DNA of 61,934 nt. Source: Eubacteriales bacterium (GTDB lineage Bacteria; Bacillota; Clostridia; Oscillospirales; CAG-272). Shown here in pieces: positions 60,057-61,934 of this stretch. The translations under genes were made by a program, and so were the position numbers. Where the stretch lies: contig JAZNJA010000059.1 of the NCBI GenBank assembly GCA_045577755.1, forward strand, positions 1-61,934, written 5' to 3'. Position 1 is the stretch's first letter, and each line of letters starts with the position of its first letter. The notes under the pieces were generated by a model, which was not told the origin of the DNA, made no database searches, and saw only the letters and a list, made by a program, of their open reading frames with translations.

Positions 60057-61739
60057 ATGTCTAAGAAAGTCATTGATGGCGAGCAGTTCCAGAAAATGGT
60101 GGCCTCCGCCGCGAATTCCCTGGACACCGAGAAGACCGAGATCAACAATCTGAACGTATTCCCCGTCCCCGACGGCGACACGGGCATCAATATGTCCCTG
60201 ACCATGAAGCCCGCCCGCGAGATCCAGGTGGAGCCCGGTACCCTGGCCGAGGCCGCCTCCCGGGTAGCCAACCGCCTGCTCCGTGCCGCCAGAGGCAACT
60301 CGGGCGCTATCCTGTCCTTGTTCTTCCGCGGTATGTCCAAGTCCTTCGAGGGCCTGGAGACCGCCGACTCCGAGGATATCGCCAAGGCCATCCGCAGCGG
60401 CACCAACGAGGCCTACCGTGCCGTCAGCAAGCCCGCCGAGGGCACCATCCTGACCGTCATGCGGGGCACCGCCGAGATCGCCGAGGCTGAGTCCGAGCAG
60501 TTCAAGGGCAACCCCGAGGCCTTCTTTGAGCGCCTCTTGGAGGGTGCTGAGGAGGTGCTGGAGCAGACCCCCGAGATGCTCCCCGTCCTGAAGCAGGCCA
60601 ACGTGGTGGACGCCGGCGGTCAGGGATTTGTCACCATGCTCAAGGGTATGCTGGCCTCCCTGAAGGGTCACGACGTGGCCGCCGTGGAGGGCTCCGATGA
60701 CGACACCAATGAAGGCGCCGACTTCGGTGAGTTCGATACCGACTCCATTACCTTCGCCTACTGCACCGAGTGCATCGTGGGCAAGTCCGACGAGTTCCGC
60801 GGTGAGGGTACTGCCGAGGCCTTCAAGGAGTTCATCTCTCCCCTGGGCGACAGCATGGTGTTCGTGGACGACGAGGAGATCATCAAGGTGCATATCCACA
60901 CCAACGATCCCGGTATGGTCCTGTCCGAGGCCGTCAAGTACGGCGCTTTGGAGATGGTCAAGATCGAGAACATGAAGAAGCAGCACTCGGCTCTGACCTC
61001 CGCCGGCGAAAAGGCCGCCAAGGGTGAGATCGACGCGCCTGTAGACTACACCCCCGACAAGGACTTCGGCTTCGTGGCCGTCTGCCTGGGTGAGGGTACC
61101 GCCAACATCTTCCGTGAGCTGGGTGTCCATGAGATCGTCACGGGCGGTCAGACCATGAACCCCTCCACCGACAACCTGCTGGACGCCATCCGTAAGACCC
61201 GCGGCCGCGAGGTCTTCGTCCTGCCCAACAACAAGAACATCATCATGGTCGCCAACCAGGCCGCCGCCATCATCGAGGCCGAGGTGGCCGAGGGCTTGAT
61301 CCCCGAGCAGCGCGTCATCGTCCTGGAGACCCGCAGCGTGCCCGAGGGTATGTCGGCTATGCTGGCCTTCGATCCCGACTCCGCCGCCGACGATAACGCC
61401 GCCGCCATGACCGAGACCTTCGGCTGTGTTCACACCCTGTCGGTCACCCGCGCCGTGAAGGACGCCGCCATCGACGGTATCTCCATCAAGGCAGGCGAGT
61501 ACATGGGCTTGTGCGACCGCAAGATCGGCTACACCGGCACCGACTACGAGATCATCATCCTGGAGATGCTCCGCAACTTCCCCGACGCCTCCTTCGTGAC
61601 CGTCCTCTACGGCGATGAGGTCACCGAGGAGAACGCTAACATCATCTTCGAGAAGATGAAGGCCGAGATGCCCGACGCCGAGTTCAGCCTGCTCTTCGGC
61701 GGTCAGCCTCTCTACGATTTCGTCATTTCCGTTGAATAA
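60057..61739 (+). CDS. fakA: DAK2-domain fatty acid kinase subunit A
   Basis: LNVFPVPDGDTGINM, ARGNSG, EGTILTV, VVDAGG, GGQTMNPST, GGQPLY. Confidence 0.92.
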   Translation: MSKKVIDGEQFQKMVASAANSLDTEKTEINNLNVFPVPDGDTGINMSLTMKPAREIQVEPGTLAEAASRVANRLLRAARGNSGAILSLFFRGMSKSFEGLETADSEDIAKAIRSGTNEAYRAVSKPAEGTILTVMRGTAEIAEAESEQFKGNPEAFFERLLEGAEEVLEQTPEMLPVLKQANVVDAGGQGFVTMLKGMLASLKGHDVAAVEGSDDDTNEGADFGEFDTDSITFAYCTECIVGKSDEFRGEGTAEAFKEFISPLGDSMVFVDDEEIIKVHIHTNDPGMVLSEAVKYGALEMVKIENMKKQHSALTSAGEKAAKGEIDAPVDYTPDKDFGFVAVCLGEGTANIFRELGVHEIVTGGQTMNPSTDNLLDAIRKTRGREVFVLPNNKNIIMVANQAAAIIEAEVAEGLIPEQRVIVLETRSVPEGMSAMLAFDPDSAADDNAAAMTETFGCVHTLSVTRAVKDAAIDGISIKAGEYMGLCDRKIGYTGTDYEIIILEMLRNFPDASFVTVLYGDEVTEENANIIFEKMKAEMPDAEFSLLFGGQPLYDFVISVE

Positions 61740-61934
61740 AACCGCTTGGGGGAAGAGCCGTGAACGGTTCTTCCCCTATGTACTTTCATATGCAAATTGC
61801 AGTTTATCGGTCTGCGACCGACAAACTGCAAATGAATAATGAAAAATGAATAATGAATAATTTCGGTGCAAATCCTTCGGATTTGTCCATTCATTCAAAT
61901 AAAAATCGCGGGAAACCGAAGGTTTCCTTCCACA

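Overview
High-GC Clostridia-type (probably Oscillospirales-like; inferred, not verified) chromosomal window in two parts. (1) 1-18.4 kb is the end of a lower-GC integrated mobile element abutting the 3' end of tRNA-Gln(TTG). It carries XRE-HTH fusion genes, an HD hydrolase, a stand-alone MutS-like ATPase and a LytTR/hsdS deletion scar. These are followed by two cargo cassettes with matching flanks (HEPN-motif protein + DUF2971; a polytopic membrane protein), an oriT/sso-like hairpin block and a WYL regulator. Next comes a ~6.3 kb minus-strand 'leading-region' gene run (ArdA, PcfK/AcrIIA9-like-MutS_I fusion, PcfJ, ~10 small unknown, partly very acidic proteins). That run sits behind a long imperfect inverted repeat built like an Frpo-type single-stranded-DNA promoter, and a degenerate second copy lies at ~1.9-2.1 kb. 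No integrase, relaxase or T4SS gene is visible in the window. (2) 18.5-61.9 kb is core genome: rarA, ftsH, hpt, tilS, dnaB, rplI, gdpP, rpoB, rpoC, rpsL, rpsG, fusA, tuf, FMN riboswitch + ECF S component, two paralogous solute-binding lipoproteins, SAM-I riboswitch + metK, recD2, a DnaA-box cluster, holA, ygiQ, a surface protein, tRNA-Arg(CCG), DAHP synthase and fakA. The most interesting signals are the ssDNA-promoter anti-defence operon, the tandem cassette slot, a T-loop-mimicking palindrome shared by two different tRNA 3' ends, and an FMN riboswitch with a ~100-nt insertion. All family calls come from motif recognition by eye; no database was searched.
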